Source: an uncultured virus (IMG/VR IMGVR_UViG_3300033808_000111) (lineage: Duplodnaviria; Heunggongvirae; Uroviricota; Caudoviricetes). Taken from it: a stretch of 20,000 bases of DNA. A program made the translations under genes and the position numbers. Under the pieces are notes generated by a model. The model searched no databases and had not been told where the DNA came from. It was given only the letters and a program-made list of their open reading frames with translations. Shown here in pieces: positions 7,929 through 16,338 of the stretch. The stretch lies in the IMG/VR virus record IMGVR_UViG_3300033808_000111, one strand, 5' to 3'. How positions within the stretch are numbered: position 1 is the first letter of the stretch; every line of letters starts with the position of its first letter.

Positions 7929-8461
7929 CTAAGCAGAAGGTGGTCGACCTCGGGCAGCGTCGCGAGATCCGCGAGGCGTACGAGCGCGCGGGCCGCGACG
8001 TCGAGGCCCACATCAAGAGCGTGAACGACAAGGATCCGCCGCGCGCGTACTGGCTCGCGATCGCCGAGGCGTACCTCGACACCGCTCTTCGCTGGATCAT
8101 TCATCACATGTCCAAAGAGCAGGCGAAGATCGTTGCGATGCGCGGGGTCGCGTCGCTCGACAATGACACCTACGCCTCGGTGCCTACCCATCCTGGAGAT
8201 GTTCCCGACGTCCTTGAGGTTGCAAAGCACGTCGAGGCGGCTGTGGACGACGTCCGTGCGCACTTCGGCGCGATCGAGGAGCGAGACGAGAAGGCCGGCT
8301 TCTGGGTCGTGCTCGCCGCGGCGTACATGGACCAGGCGACGCGACTACTCATCCAGTTTGCGTCGCCGGATGCTGCGAGACAGCGGCTGCTCCTCGCGAC
8401 CGAGAAGCAAGTGGACGAGATCAGCAAGCAGCTCGAGAAGAAAGAAGCCGAGTCGCCGTGA
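7925..8461 (+). CDS. Hypothetical protein with an internal duplication
   Basis: Two similar helical units: DVEAHI...D...YWLAIAEAYLDTALRWII...S.EQA and DVRAHF...D...FWVVLAAAYMDQATRLLI...S.DAA. Confidence 0.8.
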   Translation: MTKQKVVDLGQRREIREAYERAGRDVEAHIKSVNDKDPPRAYWLAIAEAYLDTALRWIIHHMSKEQAKIVAMRGVASLDNDTYASVPTHPGDVPDVLEVAKHVEAAVDDVRAHFGAIEERDEKAGFWVVLAAAYMDQATRLLIQFASPDAARQRLLLATEKQVDEISKQLEKKEAESP

Positions 8462-8616
8462 CGGAGAACGAAGTCGAACAGCTAGACGCCGTGACGAAGG
8501 AAGAACTCGAGCGCCTGATCGCTGCTGATGAGAACGAAATCGATGACTTGCCGCCTGCTGGTCGTCCGAAGGAAGAGACTTGGTGGTCTCGGCTTATTGC
8601 TTGGATTTTTTCTTGA
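8458..8616 (+). CDS. Small acidic protein with amphipathic C-terminus (52 aa)
   Basis: GTG-TENEVEQLDAVTKEELERLIAADENEIDDLPPAGRPKEETWWSRLIAWIFS*. GTGA overlap with the upstream stop; fills the gap exactly. Not in the ORF track. Confidence 0.6.
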   Translation: MTENEVEQLDAVTKEELERLIAADENEIDDLPPAGRPKEETWWSRLIAWIFS

Positions 8617-8629
8617 CGAGGAGGAAACC

Positions 8630-9538
8630 ATGACCGCGCCCGAATGGCACAAACGCTTCGGTATTTCGCTTGTCGTCGAGCGCTTCAGCTTCTACCGCCA
8701 GCTTCGAGGACCGACACTTCGGTTCGCCGAGCATGCACCGGCGGATGCTCACTCGAAGGAGCCGTTCGAATGCGGCTGCACCACGAACGTCTCGGCGCGG
8801 CCCGCAGGGCAACCGCACGAGGTCCAGCAGGAGATCTACCTCCGGTGCCCGATGCCGTCCCAGAAGGTGCGGGCTGAGTTCAAGCTCTGCTCTGGTTGGG
8901 TGACGCTCTGGCTCGACGAGCTTCTGCCCGAGGTCGCCGGCGGTTACACCAAGAGCAAAGCCAGGATCAAGCGAGCTTTCAAGGACGCGCTCGCCAGCTC
9001 ACCCACCCTACCCCATGCCTATTTCATCCTCGGCGGCAGACGGCCGGAGGCGGATCCACATCATGCGCGTGTCGAGATGACGCTCCCCGGCTACGGCTTC
9101 ACCGACTGTTTCTTCTCGGACGTCTTCATCGGTCGCGCCGAGACCTCGAGGCTCATGAACGGCCACTCGCGGTCGCGCATCGTGGACCCTTCGAAGCTGC
9201 GCTCAGACGACGTCTGGCTCCACGGGTGCCTTTTCGGCCATGAGGCGATGCGCATCTTGCCGCACGACGACGTCGAGGCGTCGACTTGGAGGGAGATCTT
9301 CGGCGAGGCGGAGTGGATCTCGAGACTCGCTGCACCATACGAAGAAGATCATCATCCGGTGGAGTGGGTCCTCGGGGCCGTGGAAGCCGACGAGAAGCTC
9401 GTCCTCGCTGCCTATCACCAGGTCGAGCGCCTCGCGCGCATCGTCTCCGGTCTTCGCGGGACGCAGCTCTATGCAGCGCAGGACGAGATCGACCGCCAGA
9501 CCAGCGAGGCGAACGCCAGGGAACGCGAAATATCGTGA
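8630..9538 (+). CDS. Hypothetical protein
   Basis: Strong RBS GAGGAGG before ATG 8630 (MTAPEWHKRF), GC-ending codons, coupled to the next gene. Confidence 0.8.
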   Translation: MTAPEWHKRFGISLVVERFSFYRQLRGPTLRFAEHAPADAHSKEPFECGCTTNVSARPAGQPHEVQQEIYLRCPMPSQKVRAEFKLCSGWVTLWLDELLPEVAGGYTKSKARIKRAFKDALASSPTLPHAYFILGGRRPEADPHHARVEMTLPGYGFTDCFFSDVFIGRAETSRLMNGHSRSRIVDPSKLRSDDVWLHGCLFGHEAMRILPHDDVEASTWREIFGEAEWISRLAAPYEEDHHPVEWVLGAVEADEKLVLAAYHQVERLARIVSGLRGTQLYAAQDEIDRQTSEANAREREIS

Positions 9539-10542
9539 GCCGCGACGAGCGAGAGACCGGCAAAGGCCCGCAGAGCTGGCAGCAGAGCATCCTGCCGGCG
9601 TTCAAGAAGTACATGCCCCAAGAGCCGCGCGACTACCGGCAGTGGACCGATGGTCGCGGCAACAAGATCGACTCGCCGCCAAGACAGGGACGAAGCTCCG
9701 GGGGCAAGCTCGTGCCGCCGCTCACCACGGCTTCGGGCGAGGAGATCCGCATGGGGAGCTTGCAGGCCGTCCGCGGGGCGCGAGGAGAGATCCGCGTCGT
9801 CGATTGGTCGCTTCCAGCGTTTCCTGAAGAGGGCTGTACGATCATGGGCAAGTGCGTCTTCGAGACGCGCGAGGGCTTGGACCGCGCGCTCGCGGCGATG
9901 GTGGTGCTCGTGCGCGACAAAGCTGCCGAGGCCGCGCGGCTGCCGCTCGAGCCCGCCGTGTGCGCGGACAAAACGGGGCGAGAGATCAAGCTCGGCGCGC
10001 TTGCGCTGTCGCGGTTCGCGCGGGGGGCTGAGAAGGGACGCTTCGCGGTCGTCGACTCGAGTTTCTCGCCCAGAAGAATCTACGACTTGAAGGAGAGAGA
10101 CATCAAGAGCGCGCTCAAGGCGTTCGAGAAGATGGCGCGCGGGCGGAGGACTGTCGCGACGCCTGCTCGCAAGCCCCACGCAGGGCTCATGAACTTCTCA
10201 CCACCCGTCGGATTCGGCGGGGGAGGCGGTTTTGCTCGAGAAGAGCGGACCTACCCTGAACCTTCAAGTCTCTCGACGAAATCCATCATCGCAATCTACG
10301 CCAAGACCGGCAAGTGGTGCCGGACTGCTTCGCTCATTTGGGCTGACCAGCGTCCCGCATGGATCGAAGAGCGCGTCGAGGAGGCGCGGCAAGAGTTCTT
10401 GCGTGAGCAAGCGAAGAGGGAAGAAGAAAAGATCGAAGTTACAGTGCGCGGAGCGCTGTCCAAACAGGACCTACTGTTTCTGAATGGCGTTCTAGAACAC
10501 TTCGAGCTTCCTAGTCTCGCCAAGAAGGGCGAACCGAAGTAG
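9535..10542 (+). CDS. Hypothetical basic protein
   Basis: Likely GTG start at 9535 (GTGA overlap). Two weakly similar segments: TASGEEIRMGSL...IRVVD.S and DKTGREIKLGAL...FAVVD.S. Confidence 0.75.
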   Translation: MSRDERETGKGPQSWQQSILPAFKKYMPQEPRDYRQWTDGRGNKIDSPPRQGRSSGGKLVPPLTTASGEEIRMGSLQAVRGARGEIRVVDWSLPAFPEEGCTIMGKCVFETREGLDRALAAMVVLVRDKAAEAARLPLEPAVCADKTGREIKLGALALSRFARGAEKGRFAVVDSSFSPRRIYDLKERDIKSALKAFEKMARGRRTVATPARKPHAGLMNFSPPVGFGGGGGFAREERTYPEPSSLSTKSIIAIYAKTGKWCRTASLIWADQRPAWIEERVEEARQEFLREQAKREEEKIEVTVRGALSKQDLLFLNGVLEHFELPSLAKKGEPK

Positions 10543-10552
10543 CTTTGGACTC

Positions 10553-10879
10553 ATGGCCAAGAAGCGCGGCAAGGGTGGGGAGACGTCGAGGCAGGTCGAG
10601 ATCCTCCTCGACATCGGCGACGCGCTACGCGACGAGGGCCTGCTGATCATGGATTTCCCACAAGAGTCCTTCAAGCACGAGGGGCGCTCGGTCACGTACC
10701 TCTACGCGCACACGCTCGATTGGGCCTCCGAGATGTCGATCGGCCACGGGCCGACGGCCGTCGTGATGGTCGCGAGCGACGGATCCATCGGCATCGAGCC
10801 GCGCCGCGGACGCGAGGACGACGACGTCGCGCTCGCCGAGCGCGTGCGGCGGATTCTTCTCAGTGGCCGGTTTGGGTGA
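10553..10879 (+). CDS. Hypothetical protein, member of the local repeated-domain family
   Basis: LLDIGDALRDEG...AVVMVASDGSIGI...LAERVRRIL. Last gene of the + block, convergent with the - block. Confidence 0.75.
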   Translation: MAKKRGKGGETSRQVEILLDIGDALRDEGLLIMDFPQESFKHEGRSVTYLYAHTLDWASEMSIGHGPTAVVMVASDGSIGIEPRRGREDDDVALAERVRRILLSGRFG

Positions 10880-10882
10880 CGT

Positions 10883-11080
10883 TCACCACCACGATCTCGG
10901 ACGATAAAAGCGGCGGCGCGGGAAGACGGGATAAAGCCACCGGTGGCGGCCCATCCAAGGCGAGATGAAAGGCGGCCGCCCGTAGAGCACGGTGGGAGGG
11001 TAGGGCGTCTCGGGGATCGTGGCGAAGGACCAGTACGAGGGGACGCCTGTTAAATACATTAGCGTGATCCTATCACTCAT
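10883..11080 (-). CDS. Small Pro/aromatic/Arg-rich protein (65 aa)
   Basis: MSDRITLMYLTGVPSYWSFATIPETPYPP...FPRRRFYRPRSWW; the ATG overlaps the end of the upstream gene. Confidence 0.5.
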   Translation of the reverse strand: MSDRITLMYLTGVPSYWSFATIPETPYPPTVLYGRPPFISPWMGRHRWLYPVFPRRRFYRPRSWW

Positions 11081-11837
11081 CGCTGACGCGCAGGTGCCTG
11101 CCGAGGCCCGCCTGCTTGATGATGCTCTCCACGAACCCGGGCTTGTTCTCCTCGTCGACGACCACGCGCGCGTCGTCGAGGACGTGGACCTTCGCGAGCG
11201 TCCAGTCGTAGCTGACACCCTTCTGCTTGATCTCGAGCAGGTAGCCCGAGAATGCCGTGGGCTTCCCCTCGAGCAGGTAGCCGAGTTCCAGGAGGGCATC
11301 GGAGAGGACTTCGCCGTACTCGCGGGAGCGTTCCTCATCGACTTCGCGGTCCTCTTCGTAGACGTCGATGAACTTCTCGGCATCCGTCCCGCGGATCGCT
11401 TCGCCGAACTCGTGAGCGCTGAGAGCCCACGCATCGCCGTTAATGTTCTCGAAGTCCTCGGCTTCGTCCTCATCCTCATCCTCTTCTTCTTCCTCCTCGA
11501 ACATCTCGAGCTGCGGCCGCTGGGCGCGCTCCTCTTGTTTCCGCTTGCGCGTCTCCTCGCGACCCTCCTCGCGGCGTTCGCGGATCTCTTCCTCGAGGAT
11601 TTCGACCGCGCTTTGGAGGGCAGCGTCCCGGCTCCCGTGGTAAGGGTTCTGCATCGCGTAGATAGCTGCGAGATGAGGTCCGTACCCGGAGACCTCGTAG
11701 GCGAGCGCGACGTGCACCCGGCCGGCGTCCTCGGCCACGTTGATGGTGTCGCCATCGCCGGCCACGAGCACCGCGCTCTTTTCGAGCGCCTCACGGAACG
11801 CTTCGGCTCGCGGGCCGAGTTGACGCTTGCGGGCCAT
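11073..11837 (-). CDS. Highly acidic protein with a C-terminal repeated-family domain
   Basis: Start MARKRQLG at 11837, 1 nt after the upstream stop. Poly-Glu/Asp tract EEEEEEDEDEDEAEDFE; C-terminal EVLSDALLELG...VESIIKQAGLGRHL. Confidence 0.8.
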   Translation of the reverse strand: MARKRQLGPRAEAFREALEKSAVLVAGDGDTINVAEDAGRVHVALAYEVSGYGPHLAAIYAMQNPYHGSRDAALQSAVEILEEEIRERREEGREETRKRKQEERAQRPQLEMFEEEEEEDEDEDEAEDFENINGDAWALSAHEFGEAIRGTDAEKFIDVYEEDREVDEERSREYGEVLSDALLELGYLLEGKPTAFSGYLLEIKQKGVSYDWTLAKVHVLDDARVVVDEENKPGFVESIIKQAGLGRHLRVSDE

Positions 11838-11838
11838 G

Positions 11839-12171
11839 TCAGAGCAGCCTCTCGCCGCGGCGGACCGCGCGGAAGAGATCGTCTCGCAACGTCTCCATCG
11901 CCCGTTTGCCGTCGGCGAACCTGATGAGTTCGGTGATGGCTCGGTTGCCCACGATCTCGGTTCTGCCGCGGCGCTCGTCTTCCTCGACATCGCCGAGGAG
12001 ATTATCGATTTGATGGGCAAGCCACTCCTCGTAGCCGAGGCGCGTGTTGTACTCTGCAACTTCAGTGCGCCAATCAGCATCGTCGAAAAGATTCGTGAGA
12101 GCATCCGTCATCGCGCGGAGGTTCTCCGGACTGACGCGCTCGTAGGGTTTGAGGTGCTCGCGTCTAGCCAA
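11839..12171 (-). CDS. Hypothetical acidic protein
   Basis: 110-aa ORF (TTG start) containing DWRTEVAEYNTRLGYEEW; abuts the downstream gene. Confidence 0.7.
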   Translation of the reverse strand: MARREHLKPYERVSPENLRAMTDALTNLFDDADWRTEVAEYNTRLGYEEWLAHQIDNLLGDVEEDERRGRTEIVGNRAITELIRFADGKRAMETLRDDLFRAVRRGERLL

Positions 12172-12236
12172 GACCTACCACTCTTGCCGACGAAGTCGGC
12201 ATGAGGACTCCTGCTGGGAAGATGCCGAAGGCATCG

Positions 12237-12836
12237 TTACCACCTTGCTTCCTCGAGCGGTGGGATGTCTTTGACGCCAAGACGATGCAGCTTGTCCGCG
12301 AGGTCGTCGTATTCTTCTTGTGCCAACTCCTTGTGGTAGTCGGGCGAGTCCGACTCGACGCCGCCGATACCACTCGAGCGAACGGTACTCTTGATTGGGC
12401 CAACCTCGACTTCTGCTTCCACACGAATGTAGACCATGTACCACTCGCCGGCATAGAAGGCCTCGAGCCGTGCCTCGTCCGCTTCGCGCTCTTCTGCGTT
12501 CTTGCCACGGTAGTCGCGCAAGAAGCTGACGTCTTGGTGGTCGTCGCGGTCAATGACGACATCCAAACCGGTGACCACCGGATCCAGAAGCGCGCCGCCG
12601 AGACCAATCTTCTTGATGACATCGCGCAGCACTTCCGGCTTGCTCGACATAGGGTCGATCCCGAGTTCGCCGAACGCGAACACGAAGACAGCGCCGACGC
12701 TCCATTGGTCGACGATGATGCAGATTTGGCCGTCGATTCTGTCGATGAAAGCTACGTGCCCCTGGTCTCGGAACGCGTCCGCCAAGACCTCGGCGGACTC
12801 CCACTCCCGCGTGTCACGAAGCTTGGCGGCTTTCAT
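12237..12836 (-). CDS. Acidic two-domain protein: repeated-family domain plus a C-terminal GGVESD-motif domain
   Basis: Likely start MKAAKLRD at 12836 after GAAGGGAGAG. N-terminal EVLADAFRDQG...LRDVIKKIGLG; C-terminal DEARLEAFYAGEWYMV...SGIGGVESDSPDY. Confidence 0.75.
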   Translation of the reverse strand: MKAAKLRDTREWESAEVLADAFRDQGHVAFIDRIDGQICIIVDQWSVGAVFVFAFGELGIDPMSSKPEVLRDVIKKIGLGGALLDPVVTGLDVVIDRDDHQDVSFLRDYRGKNAEEREADEARLEAFYAGEWYMVYIRVEAEVEVGPIKSTVRSSGIGGVESDSPDYHKELAQEEYDDLADKLHRLGVKDIPPLEEARW

Positions 12837-12875
12837 GACGTTCTCTCCCTTCGGTCGGTCCATCCCGTCGTTCGT

Positions 12876-13132
12876 TCGAGCTTCCAGCTCGATCTCGGAT
12901 TCATCTTCGGGTTGGCGGCTCCTCCGACCTGGCGGGCCTGGAAGCTTCTTCAGGTCGCGTGGGCCGGAGGTTTTCGGGCCGCAAACCAAAGACTATGCGG
13001 CGAGAGCCGCATTGTCGACTCTGACCGAGGAGGCTCCGAAGGAGCCGGACTCGAGATGCCGGCAAGAACAGCTTGAGTCAATCGTCTGGGCGTCCCGTCG
13101 TGACCTTCGGCACGACGTGGGCTCGGTCCACG
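12876..13132 (+). ncRNA. Second candidate structured non-coding element (RNA or ssDNA), opposite to the flanking genes
   Basis: Nested long stem 12911-12987, ATGCGGC-GAGA-GCCGCAT, GGCTCC-GAA-GGAGCC and CGTCGTG..C-TTCG-G..CACGACG. The G-U pairs work only on the + strand. Confidence 0.5.
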
Positions 13133-13141
13133 AGGTGGCCT

Positions 13142-13405
13142 TCAGCCGCTTTGGGGCGACCGCTTCCGCAAGCCGGAGTTTTTGACGACGTGCGTGAGCG
13201 CGTCGGCGGCCGCGTCGAGCCCGGCGTTGAAGCCACGCCTGTAGGACTCCTTGAGGCGTGGCTCCAGCTCGCACTGCTTGCAGGTAATGCAGTCGCGGAA
13301 ATCCGAGTACTCGGCGCGCTCGCGGACGTCTTCCAGCTCCACATAGAAGCCGCAGCCGTGGCAGTGGACCATGACTTTGGAGGTCTCGGTGGGGTTCATC
13401 GTCAT
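13142..13405 (-). CDS. Small zinc-finger protein
   Basis: CHGC ... CITCKQC followed by ESYRRGFNAGLDAA; ATG 13405 overlaps the upstream stop. Confidence 0.7.
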   Translation of the reverse strand: MTMNPTETSKVMVHCHGCGFYVELEDVRERAEYSDFRDCITCKQCELEPRLKESYRRGFNAGLDAAADALTHVVKNSGLRKRSPQSG

Positions 13406-13599
13406 GCTTTTTTCGCTTCCCACCGCTCGGGTTGTCCGGGTAGCCGCGGTTCGACGATCGTGGAACCAGCGAGCCTCGGGATGACTCGCGTCGCCGCCGT
13501 CAGCCGATCCAGCTCGGCTTGGAGGGCCAGCGCGTGGCCGACGACCTCGGCCTTCGTCATGCTCGAGAGTTTAGAGCGCGTGTATCTGATCATGGTCAT
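13402..13599 (-). CDS. Hypothetical protein
   Basis: MTMIRYTRSKLSSMTKAEVVGHALALQAELDRL; purine-rich upstream region and coupled stop. Confidence 0.6.
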   Translation of the reverse strand: MTMIRYTRSKLSSMTKAEVVGHALALQAELDRLTAATRVIPRLAGSTIVEPRLPGQPERWEAKKA

Positions 13600-13610
13600 G
13601 GTTCTCTTCT

Positions 13611-13973
13611 TCACTCCTTCGGGAAGCCTCGGTGCTCGGTGATGACGTCGTAGGCCCACTGCACCATCGCGGCCTTTGCGCTGCACGCGTGACCGTCATT
13701 CAAACTCTTGACGGTCTTGTCTACAATCGGACAGGGCGGCAAGGCCCTTGCGATGGCGACGATGTCCTTTGGAAGCTCGCTCGGGTCCGCGCAGTGCCAG
13801 AGCCCGTTCTTCGCACAGCGCAGGCAGCAGCTCGGGTAGATGCGGTCGGGCAGCGTCTTTTGCCATGGCGCTTTCCATTGCACGATGATCGGCGCTTGCG
13901 CCGTAGGCTCTGCGCAATAGAGGCACTCGTAGTTCTTCTCGCCAGTAAGGTGCGCTTCGGGACATTCGCTCAT
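13611..13973 (-). CDS. Cys-rich hypothetical protein
   Basis: MSECPEAH...CLYC...CCLRC; ATGA overlap with the upstream ORF. Confidence 0.65.
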   Translation of the reverse strand: MSECPEAHLTGEKNYECLYCAEPTAQAPIIVQWKAPWQKTLPDRIYPSCCLRCAKNGLWHCADPSELPKDIVAIARALPPCPIVDKTVKSLNDGHACSAKAAMVQWAYDVITEHRGFPKE

Positions 13974-14224
13974 GGACAGAGGCGCGCCCCCGTCGCCGCC
14001 ACTTCTTGCTCCGCGCACTCCTCGCACACGTCTTCGCGCCGGCCGTCGGGCAGCACGTGGCATTCCTCGACGGTCAGGGAGCGAAAGCACAAGCAGCAGT
14101 AGAGGCAGTCGTGCTCAGAGAGACGAAGACCGTGGACTAAGCACACGGGGGCGATCGGCTCCGCGATGCGGCGTGCGAGTTCGCCGGCATCGAGGGTATT
14201 GACCTTGTCCTTCTCCACGTTCAC
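13970..14224 (-). CDS. Cys-rich zinc-finger-like protein
   Basis: CLVHG...HDCLYCCLCF...ECH...DVCEECA; GGAGGAG RBS and GTGA overlap. Confidence 0.7.
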   Translation of the reverse strand: MNVEKDKVNTLDAGELARRIAEPIAPVCLVHGLRLSEHDCLYCCLCFRSLTVEECHVLPDGRREDVCEECAEQEVAATGARLCP

Positions 14225-14406
14225 TTCCGCTCCTCCTTACCTTGGTCGAGGTTCTTGATCAATCGCCCGAGCCTGAAGCCCATCACGACCAGGCACGCGA
14301 GGAGCCAGAACCCTTCTTCTAGAGTCCAGTGGTGAGGACCGTGAGAGTGGGACTGGTCGATCCAGCTATGGCCGCTGGCGCGCGCTGGTTGAAGGACGAC
14401 AAGCAT
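14221..14406 (-). CDS. Small putative membrane protein
   Basis: His-rich N-terminus, then hydrophobic FWLLACLVVMGF, then a charged tail; coupled to the next gene. Confidence 0.5.
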   Translation of the reverse strand: MLVVLQPARASGHSWIDQSHSHGPHHWTLEEGFWLLACLVVMGFRLGRLIKNLDQGKEERK

Positions 14407-14437
14407 GGCTGACAGTTTACATCGTGGGTGCTGCCCA

Positions 14438-14683
14438 CTATGCCTTCCTCTGCTTACCTTGGACTCTGTCGAACTGGATCGTGAGGAGCATGTCCCTCGT
14501 CTCCCGCATGTCTCGAAGCTCGGCCTCGAGACGCTGGACCTCGCTCTCGAGGAGAAGCGTCCCGTCGTGGGCAGCTCTGAGTTTGTCGGCGAGTTCCGAA
14601 GGAGTGAGGTTGCCGAATCGTTTGTAGGCCGCGTCTTTGAATTCGTCCTCTGCCTCGTATCCTTGAGATATTCCGTCGCTCAT
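14438..14683 (-). CDS. Small coiled-coil protein
   Basis: LLLESEVQRLEAELRDMRETRDML heptads. Confidence 0.65.
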   Translation of the reverse strand: MSDGISQGYEAEDEFKDAAYKRFGNLTPSELADKLRAAHDGTLLLESEVQRLEAELRDMRETRDMLLTIQFDRVQGKQRKA

Positions 14684-14708
14684 TCCGGTCAGTGTCCCGC
14701 CTGGATGT

Positions 14709-14936
14709 TCACGCGTCCCCCGGGAAATTCTCCATCATCGTCCGCAACTCTTGCTCGAACCACTGGCGGTGTCGCTTACAGAGCGCCCTCGGCATCATTT
14801 CGCGGCTGAGCATCCCTTTCTGTTGAAACGCTACAGCCATCGCGATGCCACTTGTCACGCCCAGATCGACGCGTTTGCCCGCGAGATCTTTCCGCGTGAG
14901 GCACACGACGCAGGCCCGATCTTTATCCTTCTTCAT
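14709..14936 (-). CDS. Small zinc-binding protein
   Basis: CVVC ... LCKRH ligand set. Confidence 0.65.
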   Translation of the reverse strand: MKKDKDRACVVCLTRKDLAGKRVDLGVTSGIAMAVAFQQKGMLSREMMPRALCKRHRQWFEQELRTMMENFPGDA

Positions 14937-14944
14937 GGGGCTCT

Positions 14945-15463
14945 TTATCCGAGCGTGGTGAATACTTCGTCGATCGCGCTCCGGAGCGCGGCGATGGCGC
15001 GCCCATAGCCGATCACGGAGGCGATGCGGAGCATGCGCGCCTCGAGCCGGTCGAGACCGGCCTCGATGTCGTCTGGCTTCGAAAGCTGTGGAGCGTACCC
15101 TTGTGACGCTAGCTTCTTCCCTCGCCTCTGTTTTCGAGCTGGCGGCTTGGGTTTGGATGGCTTCGACGACGCGAGCGCGCTCTTCTTCTTGATGTCGCCG
15201 AACACCGAAGATGTCGTCGTCGTGTAGAGACCCCCACTGGTGTAACCGGAGACGGGCTTGCCGTCCTGGTCGACGCGCGTGAGCGCGCCCTTTCTGACGA
15301 GGTCGCCGAGGGCCACGGTGAGCGGCCTGTCCTTCTTGTCCGGTCGGCCCAGGCCCAGCCTGATGAGGGCGAAAGGCGTCGGACCTTTCTTTTTGATGAG
15401 GGCGAGGACTTCGCTCGGGAGGGAGCCGGGTTTCGGGACATAGGGCTGCTTGGATCGAGACAT
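14945..15463 (-). CDS. Winged-helix DNA-binding protein, probably leaderless
   Basis: EVLALIKKKGPT...LTVALGDLVRKGALTRV...GLY. ATG 15463 lies 7 nt after a -10 hexamer, with no room for an RBS. Confidence 0.7.
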   Translation of the reverse strand: MSRSKQPYVPKPGSLPSEVLALIKKKGPTPFALIRLGLGRPDKKDRPLTVALGDLVRKGALTRVDQDGKPVSGYTSGGLYTTTTSSVFGDIKKKSALASSKPSKPKPPARKQRRGKKLASQGYAPQLSKPDDIEAGLDRLEARMLRIASVIGYGRAIAALRSAIDEVFTTLG

Positions 15464-15470
15464 GCGCTGG

Positions 15471-15499
15471 AGCTTAGCTCGAGACGCATACCACTGCAA
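15471..15499 (-). promoter_or_regulatory. Sigma70-type promoter TTGCAG-N17-TAAGCT with TGGTATGC in the spacer
   Basis: The minus strand reads TTGCAG TGGTATGCGTCTCGAGC TAAGCT CCAGCGC ATG. Confidence 0.7.
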
Positions 15500-15532
15500 G
15501 ACAGTAAAGTTACAACGGACTCTATTCCTATA

Positions 15533-15573
15533 CGTCTAACGTCTAGCGTCTAGGTCACCGGGTCACCGGGTCA
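15533..15573. repeat. Adjacent short tandem repeats (CGTCTAR)x3 and (GTCACCGG)x2.5
   Basis: Seen directly in the intergenic region upstream of the 15499 promoter. Confidence 0.85.
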
Positions 15574-15807
15574 TGATCCGTGTCTTGCCATCCAGTCCGC
15601 GCGGCAATGAAAGAGCAGCTTGCGAACGAGCGCCGTATCTGGTGGCGTTTCTTCTGGCATTTCTTTGATCGTAACGAACCAATCGCCGTATTCGTCCGCA
15701 TACTCTTTGGGCAGGATGATGCACCATCCATGCGGCGCGACGTACTTTACTTCATACGGCGGCAGCACCGCATCGTCAGGTATGTCCGGCAGATCCGCTA
15801 GCTTCAT
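15571..15807 (-). CDS. Hypothetical protein
   Basis: 78-aa ORF, ATGA-coupled. Confidence 0.65.
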   Translation of the reverse strand: MKLADLPDIPDDAVLPPYEVKYVAPHGWCIILPKEYADEYGDWFVTIKEMPEETPPDTALVRKLLFHCRADWMARHGS

Positions 15808-16040
15808 CGAAGACCGTACATGATCCCTTCTCCGTCTTCGGGGTATCGTGGATCGATTCCCTTGTGCGCGAGACCCAGGACTTGGAGTGCTTCGTCACAG
15901 TCCATCTGGTACGGCGTGAAGTCGTACTCGAGCGTCTGCGACCACAACTCTCGGGCCCACTGCTTGTGTTGCGGCGTCGGATCGCTCGCGAGCACCGTGA
16001 ACACCTTTCCAAATAGCGCCGCACTCGTTCGGTCAGCCAT
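15804..16040 (-). CDS. Hypothetical protein
   Basis: MADRTSAALFGKVF...YDFTPYQMDCDEALQVLGLA; coupled to the next gene. Confidence 0.7.
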   Translation of the reverse strand: MADRTSAALFGKVFTVLASDPTPQHKQWARELWSQTLEYDFTPYQMDCDEALQVLGLAHKGIDPRYPEDGEGIMYGLR

Positions 16041-16044
16041 GTCG

Positions 16045-16338
16045 CTAGTAGGGCGGCGCTCTGAGCCACGATCTCAGATCGCTTTTCTCGATGGCTCGGC
16101 GGACTTGATGGCTCAAGGCCTCGTCTTCTCCGTGGTAGAGTTGAATGGCTCCCGTGTGTGGCCTGACGACAACGAGCGTCGTGTCGCGGAGCACGAAGTC
16201 TCTGTCCGGGCGCCAAACATTGAACGTCGCCTCTTCGTTCAGAAAGGCCTTGGGTAGGTCCGTGCGGAATCCTGCTTCTTGCAAGAAGTCAGCGAGGACA
16301 GAAGCTCTCTCGAGGGTTTCTTTCACAGAAGCTCCCAA
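16045..16338 (-). CDS. Hypothetical protein, stand-alone copy of the repeated-family domain
   Basis: ERASVLADFLQEAGF...LVVVRPHTGAIQL...QVRRAIEKSDLRSWL. Confidence 0.7.
   Translation of the reverse strand: MGASVKETLERASVLADFLQEAGFRTDLPKAFLNEEATFNVWRPDRDFVLRDTTLVVVRPHTGAIQLYHGEDEALSHQVRRAIEKSDLRSWLRAPPY

Noticed and set aside
11019..13076. Long + strand ORFs 11019..11924 and 12201..13076
   Set aside because: Antisense shadows of the acidic minus-strand genes; the Leu/Val/Phe richness is the complement of Glu/Asp/Lys codons.
12988..13082. AGACTA resembling the group I intron P7 strand
   Set aside because: No matching downstream TAGTC/S element and no interrupted gene on that strand.
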